Assembly: GCA_027623675.1 (NCBI GenBank)
Contig: JAQBVF010000002.1
Coordinates: 69,711 to 133,710 of the forward strand
Reading direction: 5' to 3'
DNA: 64,000 bases
Source: Chloroflexota bacterium
GTDB lineage: Bacteria; Chloroflexota; Dehalococcoidia; Lucifugimonadales; UBA3495
The position numbers and the translations under genes are program-made. Below are positions 49,497-58,759 of the stretch, piece after piece. How positions within the stretch are numbered: position 1 is the stretch's first letter; every line of letters begins with the position of its first letter. The notes under the pieces are model-generated. The model ran no database searches. It had not been told where the DNA came from and saw nothing but the letters and a program-made list of their open reading frames with translations.

Positions 49497-50615
49497 ATGG
49501 CCCAGAGCGCAATGAATCAGAATAAATCATCAAATAAACTGCCGCCCATGTTGCCCCACATCCAAGCCTTGGAAACATATCAGGGCGTGGACCCCATGGA
49601 AGTCATGGCCGAGCGGGCCGGTATCGCCCCCGACAAGATCATCCGCCTGAACGGCAATGAGAACCCGTATGGGCCTTCGCCCAACGTTGCCGCGGCTTTG
49701 GGCGGGTATCCCAATTTCAACTACTACCCCGACCCCGACCAGCGCACCCTGCGCCGGGTGCTTTCAGGCTATATGAACGTTGAGCCGGAGCGGATCGTGG
49801 CCGGAAACGGCAGCGACGAGCTGATTGACCTGCTGCTGCGGATGTACGTGGGCATCGGCGACAACGTAATCGTTCCCTCGCCGACCTTCGGCATGTACTC
49901 GTTCTCGGCGGGCATCTGCGGCGGCAAGGCCATCGCGGTGGAGCGCGACGATAACTTCGAGATTGACTTGGAGGCGATGAAGGCGGCCATCACCCCCCAG
50001 AGCAAGATCATCTTCCTGACCTCGCCCAACAACCCCACCGGCAACATCGTTCCAGAGGCCCAGACCAGGGCATTGCTGGACACCGGGCTGATCGTGGTGA
50101 TGGACGAAGCCTACTTCGAGTTCTGCGGCGACACCGCCATCCCGCTGCTGGCCGATTACCCGAACCTGGTGGTGCTGCGTACCTTCAGCAAATGGGCCGG
50201 ACTGGCCGGATTGCGCATCGGAGTCGGCGCCATGGACCCCGAACTGGCCGCAACCATGATGGCCATGAAGCCGCCCTACAACGTGAACCTGGCCGCCGAG
50301 GTCGCCCTGATCTCGTCCCTGGAAGACACGCCGGGGCTGCTGGTCCGGGTGAAGCAGATCGTGGATGAGCGCGACCGGATGATGCAGATGTTGCAGCAGG
50401 TCCCCAACCTGACCCCCTGGCCGTCACGAGCCAACTTCATACTCTGTCAGGTGCCCGAGGGCCGGGGCCAAGAGGTATTCGACGGCCTGTGCAGCCGGGG
50501 GATTTTCCTGCGGTATTGGAGCAGCGGCCGGTTGAAGGACTACATCCGCACCAGCGTCGGGCTGCCCCATGAGACCGACGCCGTGGTGGCGGCTTTCGCG
50601 GAATTATGCGCTTAG
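49497..50615 (+). CDS. hisC: histidinol-phosphate aminotransferase
   Basis: 372 aa. Contains LNGNENPYGPSP, SPNNPTGN and TFSKWAGLAGLRIG (PLP lysine). Confidence 0.9.
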   Translation: MAQSAMNQNKSSNKLPPMLPHIQALETYQGVDPMEVMAERAGIAPDKIIRLNGNENPYGPSPNVAAALGGYPNFNYYPDPDQRTLRRVLSGYMNVEPERIVAGNGSDELIDLLLRMYVGIGDNVIVPSPTFGMYSFSAGICGGKAIAVERDDNFEIDLEAMKAAITPQSKIIFLTSPNNPTGNIVPEAQTRALLDTGLIVVMDEAYFEFCGDTAIPLLADYPNLVVLRTFSKWAGLAGLRIGVGAMDPELAATMMAMKPPYNVNLAAEVALISSLEDTPGLLVRVKQIVDERDRMMQMLQQVPNLTPWPSRANFILCQVPEGRGQEVFDGLCSRGIFLRYWSSGRLKDYIRTSVGLPHETDAVVAAFAELCA

Positions 50616-50706
50616 CCGGCTCGCCTGATCAGATTGCTCCAGCCATGTGCCCTACCCAGTCCCTAAACGTGTGCCCAACCGTGTGCCTAACCATATGGAG
50701 AAAGTG

Positions 50707-51324
50707 ATGGCGTCTACCCCTACCAACAATGGCCGGACAGCGGCTATTGAACGCAAGACCAGCGAGACCGAGATATCCCTGAGCCTGAACCTAGACGGGA
50801 CCGGCGTCTACGACGTGGACACCGGCAACGGGTTCCTCGACCACATGGTCAGCCAGATATCCCGGCACGGATTGATCGACATAACACTGAAAGCCAAAGG
50901 CGATCTTCACGTGGGTTGGCACCACCTGGTGGAGGACGTGGCGATCACGCTGGGGCGGGCGTTCAACGAGGCTTTGGGCGAGGCGCGGGGCATCCGCCGC
51001 ATGGGCCACGCCATAGTTCCCCTGGATGAGACGCTGGCCATGGTGGCGCTGGACTGCAGCGGACGGGGTTACGCCGTGATCGAAACAACCCTGGACGACA
51101 CCATGGTGGAGACGCTGCCCGGCGCGTTGGTGAAACACTTCTTCGAGTCATTCGCGCTGGAAGGCAAGATAAACCTCCACGCTCAGATCATGACCGGCAC
51201 CAGCCCCCACCACAAGGCCGAAGCGCTCTGCAAAGCCCTGGCCCGCTCCCTGCGCGACGCGTTGGAGCCGGACCCCCGCGCCCCGTCCCAGATACCCAGC
51301 ACCAAGGGCACTCTGAGCGGCTAG
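50707..51324 (+). CDS. hisB: imidazoleglycerol-phosphate dehydratase (monofunctional, no phosphatase domain)
   Basis: 205 aa from ATG at 50707, 6 nt after GGAG. Contains RKTSETEI...GTG.LDHM, HHLVEDV and HHK.EA..KA. Confidence 0.9.
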   Translation: MASTPTNNGRTAAIERKTSETEISLSLNLDGTGVYDVDTGNGFLDHMVSQISRHGLIDITLKAKGDLHVGWHHLVEDVAITLGRAFNEALGEARGIRRMGHAIVPLDETLAMVALDCSGRGYAVIETTLDDTMVETLPGALVKHFFESFALEGKINLHAQIMTGTSPHHKAEALCKALARSLRDALEPDPRAPSQIPSTKGTLSG

Positions 51325-51998
51325 GTGCGAGTGGCGACCCACAGGAAATAATATCCGCCGCCTTTACGTCCGCTGCGGGCGCGTGCCTTAACTTCCTCGA
51401 CCTTGAATCCGGTCTTGATCAGCCTTCTGGTAAACGCTGGGTCAGGATCGGTTGACCAGATGGACAAAACGCCTTGCGGCCGCAGAGCGGCGAAAGACGC
51501 TTCCAGGCCGTTATTGCCATAGATCCAGTCATTGCCCTCCTGGGTCATTGCCTGCGGGCCATTGTCGACGTCGAGCATGATAGCGTTGTAATCACCCTTG
51601 CCGTCCTTTATCATCTGCGCGACATCGGTCACCCGGACCGTGACCCGGCCATCATCAAGTGGACTACGGGCGAGATGAGCAAGGAAGTCCCGGTTCCACT
51701 GCACCACTTCGGGCACTATCTCGGCGACTACAACTTGGGCGTCGGCTTTGAGTTCATCCAGGGCCGATCTCAGGGTGTAACCCAGCCCCAGACCGCCGAT
51801 CAGGACCCTGACCTCCGGGAAGACGGCGATCTTTTCACAGGCGAGTTTGGCTAAAGCGTCTTCCGATCCATGGACCTGACTGTTCATGAGTTCCCGGTTG
51901 TCAGCTTTGATCGAGAACTCAGTGTCCCGCTGGTACAACCGGAGCTCAACCCCGTTCCGAGACGTCTTTGCAGTGCCGAGCAACTTCCAGGGAATCAT
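51321..51998 (-). CDS. spermidine-synthase-like class I SAM-dependent methyltransferase
   Basis: 225 aa with the VLIGGLGLGYT SAM motif and D(V)DNGP. Convergent with hisB, with a 4-nt overlap. Confidence 0.55.
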   Translation of the reverse strand: MIPWKLLGTAKTSRNGVELRLYQRDTEFSIKADNRELMNSQVHGSEDALAKLACEKIAVFPEVRVLIGGLGLGYTLRSALDELKADAQVVVAEIVPEVVQWNRDFLAHLARSPLDDGRVTVRVTDVAQMIKDGKGDYNAIMLDVDNGPQAMTQEGNDWIYGNNGLEASFAALRPQGVLSIWSTDPDPAFTRRLIKTGFKVEEVKARARSGRKGGGYYFLWVATRT

Positions 51999-52039
51999 GG
52001 GTTACTCTACACCCAACCCTTGCTGGCGATTAACCCGGG

Positions 52040-52420
52040 GGAGTCGTCCTCGACTCCGAAGTCTTTGATCACGTTTTGTCACGTTGGTGTGGTCCTTATA
52101 GATCTGCCACTTGTCGTGCAGGTCGGCGGTTGCCTATGGGCAGTATATGCTTGATGCCCTTCACCTGCCCTTGGTGGTTCTTGTGGTGGTTCTTGGCGAT
52201 CAGGGTCAACGCCTCCTTGGTCTTGGCCCGCGATTCTCCCACCGGGACCACGTTGTTCAGCAAGCCGCCCTGGAGAACCCCTTGGCCTTGGGCCAGCCCG
52301 TCCCTCAAGCCGATAACCGGCTTGGGTGACGTCGAGCTATCATACATCCATTGGGAGTGCTGGACGTCCCGCTCCTCCTCGGGGCGGTCACGGGCGTCAC
52401 GGCGACAAAGCCAGATCATC
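52040..52420 (-). pseudogene. decayed, internally deleted copy of the crotonase-family gene at 53954-54724
   Basis: Co-linear nucleotide blocks are shared with 53990-54510 (e.g. gcaggtcggcgg, cttgatgcccttcacc, ggtggttcttggcgatcag, ccttggccttgggccagccc, catccattgggagtg, gacgtcccgctcctcctcgg). It has large internal deletions, a 12-bp tandem duplication at 52172-52195, and no N-terminal third. Confidence 0.7.
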
Positions 52421-52697
52421 TACCCGCGCTCATCCGGCGTATAGTTTTAGGTGCTGGCCCTTAGCGGGTTTGTAGTACACCCTCAAGAATCGCACCATAT
52501 CTTCCGGTAGGCTGTCTCTAGGATGTCTCCCTAGATCGTTCCACCAGAGATTCAGGGGGGCGTTAACTTAGACGTTCCTTGAGAAGTTCCCAGGTGCGGT
52601 CCGAACATGGACCACAACTGGAACCGCCTGATCCGGGGCTCCAGGCCAGCGGCATCGCCGCCGGTCGCCCTCGAGATCGGCTTCATCCGGGGGGTGA

Positions 52698-53906
52698 GTG
52701 GTGCGGAAATCTTCGGCAATCGCGTTGGTTATCGCGGGTATCTTTTTCTCTGTCTTTGCCGTCCTTGGAGCGGCCCCGTCCACGGTGTCCATATCTCCAC
52801 CGGGCGCGGCGCCAAGTTTGACGGTAACCCCATCCAGCGGCCCCAGGGGAACTCAGGTCACCATCGACGGCGAAAACTTCACCAACAGCGGCAATATAGC
52901 CGCCAATGGAATCACGCTGGACGGCATCCCAATGGTCCACCCACAGATCGCCGCGACCGGCGGTGGTGAATTGAGCGCCAGCTTCAGGGTGCCGGCAACC
53001 ACCGGATTGGGCGCCAAGCCAGTATCGGTTATCGATTCTGGTTCTCTGGCCGGCGCGGCCACATTCACAGTTACCCAGCCAACAATAGCGATCAGTCCCG
53101 CCACGGCGGTCATGGGCCAAGTTATCACTGTCACCGGGACCGGTTGGGTGCCGCTAACGTCCGCGGCCCTGACGTTAACTTCCGGTGGCGTGGTGGTGGG
53201 GATCCACTCCGCGGACGCCGATGCCAACGGGGGCTTTGTTGCCAAGATAGCGTTGCCCAACACGGTAGGCGTGGGACCCAAAGAGGTTTCGTTCACCGCC
53301 GCGGATGCCGGTTCGTTGGGTAACACCGCCTCCGGGCAGACCCTGACGGTTACCGCTCCCACTATGACATTGTCGGCGGCCGAGGCAACGGTGGGGTCCG
53401 AAGTTACGGTCACTGCCGCCGGCTTCATGCCCTACACCGCCCTAACGGCATTCTCCATCGGCGCCGCGGATGTCAGGCGGGGCGTGGCGATAACCGATTC
53501 CACGGGTAGCTTATCCGTCACGTCAATGGTGCCCGGATTCTCGGGAGCGCAATCGGTCTCTATCACCGTTGGGGGGGTTACATCCTCCAAATCAATAAAG
53601 GTGAAACCAGCGTCTACGCCTGAGCCCGAGCCAGCGGCGGCAACACCGGCCGAGCCTCTGCCACCCGCGCCCCTGGATGAAGTGTTCGCCAACCTCATCG
53701 CCAACGATGGCAACTTGGTCCGGATATTCCGGTTCGACAACTCCACTCAGACTTGGGCGTTCTTCGACCCGCGGCCCGCGTTCGTCAGCACCAACGACCT
53801 GACCGCCGCTGGGTCCGGCGACATCGTGTGGGTCAAGGTGAACACCCAGCAGGAGTTCCGGGGAAGGATTCTGCTCCCTGGCTGGAGCTTGTTCTCGCTG
53901 GAGTGA
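52698..53906 (+). CDS. secreted/anchored surface protein with three Ig-like (IPT/TIG-like) repeats, Pro-rich linker and C-terminal ~70-aa domain
   Basis: 402 aa with a GTG start after GGGGGTGAG. N-terminal hydrophobic anchor. Three repeats of ~90 aa with a P.(I/L)..SP.....G..VTV.G.GF pattern. Linker is PASTPEPEPAAATPAEPLPPAP. Confidence 0.6.
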   Translation: MVRKSSAIALVIAGIFFSVFAVLGAAPSTVSISPPGAAPSLTVTPSSGPRGTQVTIDGENFTNSGNIAANGITLDGIPMVHPQIAATGGGELSASFRVPATTGLGAKPVSVIDSGSLAGAATFTVTQPTIAISPATAVMGQVITVTGTGWVPLTSAALTLTSGGVVVGIHSADADANGGFVAKIALPNTVGVGPKEVSFTAADAGSLGNTASGQTLTVTAPTMTLSAAEATVGSEVTVTAAGFMPYTALTAFSIGAADVRRGVAITDSTGSLSVTSMVPGFSGAQSVSITVGGVTSSKSIKVKPASTPEPEPAAATPAEPLPPAPLDEVFANLIANDGNLVRIFRFDNSTQTWAFFDPRPAFVSTNDLTAAGSGDIVWVKVNTQQEFRGRILLPGWSLFSLE

Positions 53907-53953
53907 CGCTTCGAAGGCCACCGGGTTTCGGCGGAATGAACGGTCCGCCCGGT

Positions 53954-54724
53954 TTAGGCGCGGCCCTTTCTGGCGAGGAACTCGGGGAAGGCGTCTTCGA
54001 CCCCGAACCCTTTCTGCACGGCGGTGAAATCCTTCTCGTTCTCCCACATGCCCCGCAGGTCGGCGGTCATGTCTTGCAGCAAGAGTTGCTTGATGCCCTT
54101 CACCGACCCCTGGTGGTTCTTGGCGATCAGCGTTGCCATCTCCATCGTCTTGGCCCGCAGTTCTCCCGCCGGGACCAGGTGATTCAGCAGGCCAACCTGA
54201 AGAGCTTCCTCGGCTTCCACCACTCTGGCGGTGAACAGGAACTCCTTGGCCTTGGGCCAGCCCACCTGGTTGGGGAGGGTCCAGGTGCAGTTGATGCGGC
54301 CATAGGCCACGGCCAGGAAGCGGAACTTGGTGTTTTCGCAGCCGACCCGGATGTCGAGACAGGACGCCAGCACCGCGCCGCCGCCGTAGGCCAGCCCGTT
54401 CATCATGCCGATGACCGGCTTGGGCGACGCAGAGATGTCGTACATCCATTGGGAGTGTTCCGCGGAACGGACGTCCCGCTCCTCCTCGGTGCGTTCACGG
54501 GCGTCGACCCGCTGCTCGTGGATGTCGCCGCCGGCGGAGAACGCCTTGTTGCCGGTCCCGGTGATCACGATGCAGCCGATGTTGTCGTCTTCGTTGGCCG
54601 CCTTCACGGCATCATGAAGCTCCGAATCCAGCTGGTGGTTCATGGCGTTCAGGACCTCAGGGCGGTTCATCGTAATGACCGCCACGCCCTCTTCGTTCTC
54701 GACCAAGATATGTTCGTAAGTCAT
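53954..54724 (-). CDS. crotonase/enoyl-CoA hydratase superfamily protein
   Basis: 256 aa. Contains VITMNRPEVLNA, ITGTGNKAFSAGGD and NGLAYGGG. The canonical catalytic Glu positions read Val and Ala by eye. Confidence 0.8.
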   Translation of the reverse strand: MTYEHILVENEEGVAVITMNRPEVLNAMNHQLDSELHDAVKAANEDDNIGCIVITGTGNKAFSAGGDIHEQRVDARERTEEERDVRSAEHSQWMYDISASPKPVIGMMNGLAYGGGAVLASCLDIRVGCENTKFRFLAVAYGRINCTWTLPNQVGWPKAKEFLFTARVVEAEEALQVGLLNHLVPAGELRAKTMEMATLIAKNHQGSVKGIKQLLLQDMTADLRGMWENEKDFTAVQKGFGVEDAFPEFLARKGRA

Positions 54725-55014
54725 TTTTCCTCCATCTTATTTTCGGTTAATGTTCCCGGTCCTCGGTCGCGTAACCCATCCGTGAGACTTCGGGAAACTT
54801 GATTTCACGATCGGTAAATGTATTGCCTAAAGGGTATCAGCCGACCTAGTTTTCCGATACAAACGGCTGCACCAGTATGTCACCCTGCGTCCATCCGCCG
54901 TACGAGGAAAGGTCTGCCGGTCTGACGATCGTCCGAAACGGGGCCAGGATTCGCTGGAATATCGCAGGAATACCGAATCGCTCCCGATTTTACGGTGGGC
55001 GTGACAGACAGTCA

Positions 55015-55043
55015 ATTTGGCCGGATGCCGATCCGGCATATGA
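55015..55043 (+). promoter_or_regulatory. sigma70-like promoter candidate (TTGGCC-16 nt-TATGAT) with embedded hairpin
   Basis: The spacer is the palindrome gccggatgccgatccggc. Lies about 85 nt upstream of the ThDP-enzyme gene. Confidence 0.3.
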
Positions 55044-55125
55044 TAAACTTCCAGCGTCGCTCAGGCGTGACTTGAGATTCAATTGATGGCCAAACTTGAT
55101 TTGGTGAGATCTGGAGGTATTTGGA

Positions 55126-56817
55126 TTGGTTAAGATGAATGCGGGCGTGGCTGTGATCGAGATGCTGCGGCAGGAAGGGGTATCTCACATATTCGGAATC
55201 GTTGGGTCGTCATTCCTGGACATCCTCGACCCCCTGTACGACCGGGACGACATCCGGTTCATTGGGGTACGCCACGAACAGGGAGCGGCCCTGATGGCCG
55301 ACGGCTACAGCCGCATCTCCGGCGCGCCCAGCGTTTGCCTGGTGACCAACGGCCCCGGAGTCTTGAACCTGACCTACGGTATCGGTTCCGCCTACGTGGC
55401 CCACTCGCCGGTGGTCGTGCTGGCCCCATCCGCTTCCCGTAGCCACCAGAACCGGGACTCCACCCAGGAGTTCGACCAGGTGGCCCTCTTCAAGCCAATC
55501 ACCAAAGCGGCCTTCGCCATCAACAAGATCGAGGTCCTGCCGGAGGCCCTGCGTCACGCGTTCCGGGTTGCCACATCAGGCAAGATGGGTCCGGTGATGA
55601 TCGACATCCCCCGGGACCTGCTGCCCGGCGCTGAGATTGACCTCGATCTCCTGAGCCCGGACGCCTACCGCCCGGGGCAGACCCGCTCCAGAGGCGACCA
55701 GGGGCTGATTGACAAGGGCGCCGCGGTGCTGGCCGCCGCCCAACGTCCGGTCATCTTGGCCGGCGGCGGAGTGCAATGGAGCGGCGCCGCCGACGAGGTC
55801 TGCCGCATGGCGGAACTGACCGGGGCGGCCATCGTGACCTCCTACGGCCGGGCGGATGCCGTGCCCAACGACCACCCCAATTATCTGGGTCACCTAGGCC
55901 GGTTGGGGTCCGCCGAGGGTATCGAGGCGATGCGGAATGCCGACACCATCCTGGCCGTGGGCACCCGCCTCAGCCAGTCGACCACCTTCTACGACAACCG
56001 GTTCATCCCCGCCGACGCCAAGATCGTCCAGATAGAGATCGACCCTCAAGAGATCGGCCGCAATTACCCCGTGGCGGTGGGCATCGAAGGCGACGCCAAG
56101 GCGGTGATGGAGGGTCTGCTGGAGAAGGTCCGGGAGCGGGAGCCGCGTCCCAACGAGATGTGGGTCTCGGAGATCGCCGATTGGAACTCGCGCCGGGCGA
56201 ACCGCCTGCAGGATGAGGAGAAACTATCCAGCTTACCCATCAAGCCCCAACGGGTCTACGCCGAACTCCGCAAGGTCATGCCCAGGGACGCCATCGTGGC
56301 CCTGGACGCCGGGTTGGCCCCCAACTACGGGCAGGACCGGCTAAATTACTACGAGCCCAAAAGCCTGATTACCTCGCTGGACCTGGGCGGTCTGGGGTTC
56401 AGCTTCCCGGCGGCCATCGGCGCGAAATTCGCCGCCCCCGACCGGCCGGTGATCAACTTCAACGGCGACGGCGGATTCCTGTTCAACGCCCAGGAGTTCT
56501 CGACGGCGGTCCATTACAACCTGCCGCTGGTCACCGTGATAATGAACAATGGCATCTGGGGTTCGGAGAAAGCCTACCAGCGCTATGCATTCGACGAGCG
56601 TTACGTTGGCGCGGACACCACCAACCCCCGCTTCGACAAATATGCCGAGATCTTCGGCGGCGTGGGGTTCTACGTGGAGCGGCCTGAGGATATCGGAAAC
56701 GCCCTGACCGAGGCCTTGAACTGCGGCAAACCCAGCATCATCGAGATACCAACCGACCCCGACGAGATGCCTCGCCCGGCCCGTTTGAACGAGGTGCAGG
56801 CTCCTCCTGGAGCATAG
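55126..56817 (+). CDS. thiamine-diphosphate-dependent enzyme (acetolactate synthase / sulfoacetaldehyde acetyltransferase-like)
   Basis: 563 aa. N-terminal Pyr domain (GV.HIFGIVGSS...RHEQGAALMADGYSR) and ThDP-binding GDGGF..N..E..T motif. Confidence 0.8.
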   Translation: MVKMNAGVAVIEMLRQEGVSHIFGIVGSSFLDILDPLYDRDDIRFIGVRHEQGAALMADGYSRISGAPSVCLVTNGPGVLNLTYGIGSAYVAHSPVVVLAPSASRSHQNRDSTQEFDQVALFKPITKAAFAINKIEVLPEALRHAFRVATSGKMGPVMIDIPRDLLPGAEIDLDLLSPDAYRPGQTRSRGDQGLIDKGAAVLAAAQRPVILAGGGVQWSGAADEVCRMAELTGAAIVTSYGRADAVPNDHPNYLGHLGRLGSAEGIEAMRNADTILAVGTRLSQSTTFYDNRFIPADAKIVQIEIDPQEIGRNYPVAVGIEGDAKAVMEGLLEKVREREPRPNEMWVSEIADWNSRRANRLQDEEKLSSLPIKPQRVYAELRKVMPRDAIVALDAGLAPNYGQDRLNYYEPKSLITSLDLGGLGFSFPAAIGAKFAAPDRPVINFNGDGGFLFNAQEFSTAVHYNLPLVTVIMNNGIWGSEKAYQRYAFDERYVGADTTNPRFDKYAEIFGGVGFYVERPEDIGNALTEALNCGKPSIIEIPTDPDEMPRPARLNEVQAPPGA

Positions 56818-56862
56818 ATAACACCAGGCGGCCAGGCCGCTTTCCCAGCCGTCTTAACGATA

Positions 56863-57225
56863 ATGGATGAAACAGTTATGCAAAACGTAGTCATGCCCGA
56901 TTCCATAAACCTGGAAGACGACGCGGTGGTGATCCTCTGGGAGGATGCCCATCGGAGTCCCTTCCCCCACCGCTACCTGCGGCTGCACTGTCCCTGCGCC
57001 AATTGCATCGACGAGATGACCGGCAAGGTCACCCTCGACCCCGACTCGGTGCCCCAAGACGTGAAGGCGGTTGACCAGATGCCCGTCGGCAAGTACGGAG
57101 TGCAGTTCCTTTGGAGCGACACCCATTACACCGGCATCTACACCTTCAACGTGCTGCGGGCGGCCTGCCCCTGCATCATCTGCGGAGAGGCCAGGGCCAG
57201 CAAGGCAGAGTCCGGGACCAGTTAG
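56863..57225 (+). CDS. DUF971 (gamma-butyrobetaine hydroxylase N-terminal-like) zinc-binding protein
   Basis: 120 aa. Contains ...ILWEDAHRSPFPHRYLRLHCPCANC... and ...YGVQFLWSD.HYTGIYTF..LR..CPC. Confidence 0.6.
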   Translation: MDETVMQNVVMPDSINLEDDAVVILWEDAHRSPFPHRYLRLHCPCANCIDEMTGKVTLDPDSVPQDVKAVDQMPVGKYGVQFLWSDTHYTGIYTFNVLRAACPCIICGEARASKAESGTS

Positions 57226-57449
57226 GGGTCCGAAGCCGGGTTTCTATCGTGGGAGCGCATCGGCTTCTCGAGGGAAGCCTTGAACTTGGGCGAGGTGAAA
57301 GTGTTGGACTTGAAGGCGAAGTTGGAGAGCTGACGCTCGCCTGGTTTGCCGCAGGTGGCGCAGTTGGCCGGCTCATCCGACTGTGAAACCGAGCGCATCA
57401 CTTCAAAGTCCAAGCCGCAACCGGCGCAGTAATACTCGTAGATGGGCAT
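57222..57449 (-). CDS. FmdB-family zinc-ribbon protein
   Basis: 75 aa. MPIYEYYCAGCGLDFEV...CATCG is the CxxC...CxxC signature. Confidence 0.6.
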   Translation of the reverse strand: MPIYEYYCAGCGLDFEVMRSVSQSDEPANCATCGKPGERQLSNFAFKSNTFTSPKFKASLEKPMRSHDRNPASDP

Positions 57450-57625
57450 GAGAACCTCCTGAAACTAGGTATATTTTAGCTTCATTGCCGAAAGGTTGCC
57501 ACGGGAACACGAGCAAGAGCCTCTGCCCCCGTTCAGGGGGTTCCTCACTGGGAAGATTGGCTCGTGGCAAACCCTCCCCCATTACCGGGGAAGGGAACTA
57601 ACTAACCCAACAAAGGGGAGACATC

Positions 57626-58750
57626 ATGGCAGAAACGACGGATGTTGCGATCATCGGCGGAGGCGCGGCCGGTTGTGCCGTCGCCTACTACCTGGCCCAA
57701 TCCGGTATCAAGTCCACCATCATCGAACGGGAGGGCTTGGGCAACCAGGCTTCCGGATACGCCGCCGGCGGGTTGAACCCACTCACCGGGGTCGGAATAC
57801 CCGGCCCGCTGGGCACCTTTGCCTGGGAGTGTTTCCAACTCCACATGGACCTTTACCCGAGCCTGAAAGACCAGTCGGGCATCGACTACCAGACCAGGAA
57901 GGTTGGCAAGTTCGACCTGGCCTTGGAAGAGTCCGAGGTCGCGGGACTGCGTGAGACCGTGGAACTGTTTCAGGGCATCCCGGGATTCGAGGGCCGCTGG
58001 CTGGAACCGGCGGAGATCGCCGAACTGGAGCCACGCGTCAGTCCGAACGTCCTGGGAGGCATGTACGACTTCGGGAACGCCGCTGTCGACAGCCACGGCT
58101 TCACCAATGCCATGGCCGCCGCCGCGGAGAAGATGGGCGCCAGTATCAGGGTGGGAAACGTCCGGACTCTGGAGAGCAAAGGCGGCAAGGTTGACCGGGT
58201 GGTCCTCGCCGACGGCGAGATATCCTGCGGTCAGGTTGTGATGGCCATGGGGCCTTGGTCGCGGCGGGCCGAGTCGTGGCTGGGCGTGTATATCCCGGTG
58301 GACCCACTCAAGGGCGAGATAATTCGCCTGGAGAAAAACGGTGAGCCGTTCAAGCATGACATCGCCGGCGGCGGCGGCACCATCTACCCCAAGCTGGACG
58401 GCCTGAACTGGTGCGGCACCACCGAGGACTGGAAGGGGTTCGACCGGGAACCGTCCGAGCAGGTGGCCCGTGAGATCAGAGAGCTGGTTGTCCGGCTGGT
58501 CCCCGACCTGGCCGACGCCAAGATCGCCAAGCACACCGCCTGCCTGCGTCCGGTGACGCCCGATTGGCTGCCGGTGCTCGGCCGCGCGCCGGGCTGGGAC
58601 AACGTCTATCTGGCCACCGGCGCGGGGAAGAAGGGAATCTTGCTGGCGCCCGGAATCGGCCGTTCCGTGGCCGACCTGATAACCACCGGCGAAACCGCCC
58701 TTGCCATACAGGGTTATTCTCCCGAGCGCTTCGCCACCGAACTGGACTAG
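57626..58750 (+). CDS. FAD-dependent oxidoreductase (DAO / glycine-oxidase-like)
   Basis: 374 aa with the DVAIIGGGAAGCAVAYYLA dinucleotide fold. DAO-family length and C-terminal GAGKKGILLAPG. Confidence 0.8.
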   Translation: MAETTDVAIIGGGAAGCAVAYYLAQSGIKSTIIEREGLGNQASGYAAGGLNPLTGVGIPGPLGTFAWECFQLHMDLYPSLKDQSGIDYQTRKVGKFDLALEESEVAGLRETVELFQGIPGFEGRWLEPAEIAELEPRVSPNVLGGMYDFGNAAVDSHGFTNAMAAAAEKMGASIRVGNVRTLESKGGKVDRVVLADGEISCGQVVMAMGPWSRRAESWLGVYIPVDPLKGEIIRLEKNGEPFKHDIAGGGGTIYPKLDGLNWCGTTEDWKGFDREPSEQVAREIRELVVRLVPDLADAKIAKHTACLRPVTPDWLPVLGRAPGWDNVYLATGAGKKGILLAPGIGRSVADLITTGETALAIQGYSPERFATELD

Positions 58751-58759
58751 GATCAACCG

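Noticed and set aside
51998-54800. Duplicated crotonase sequences considered as the ends of an insertion sequence or integrative element.
   Set aside because: There are no transposase, integrase, tRNA target or terminal inverted repeats. The repeats are gene fragments in direct orientation, so a duplication/decay model is preferred.
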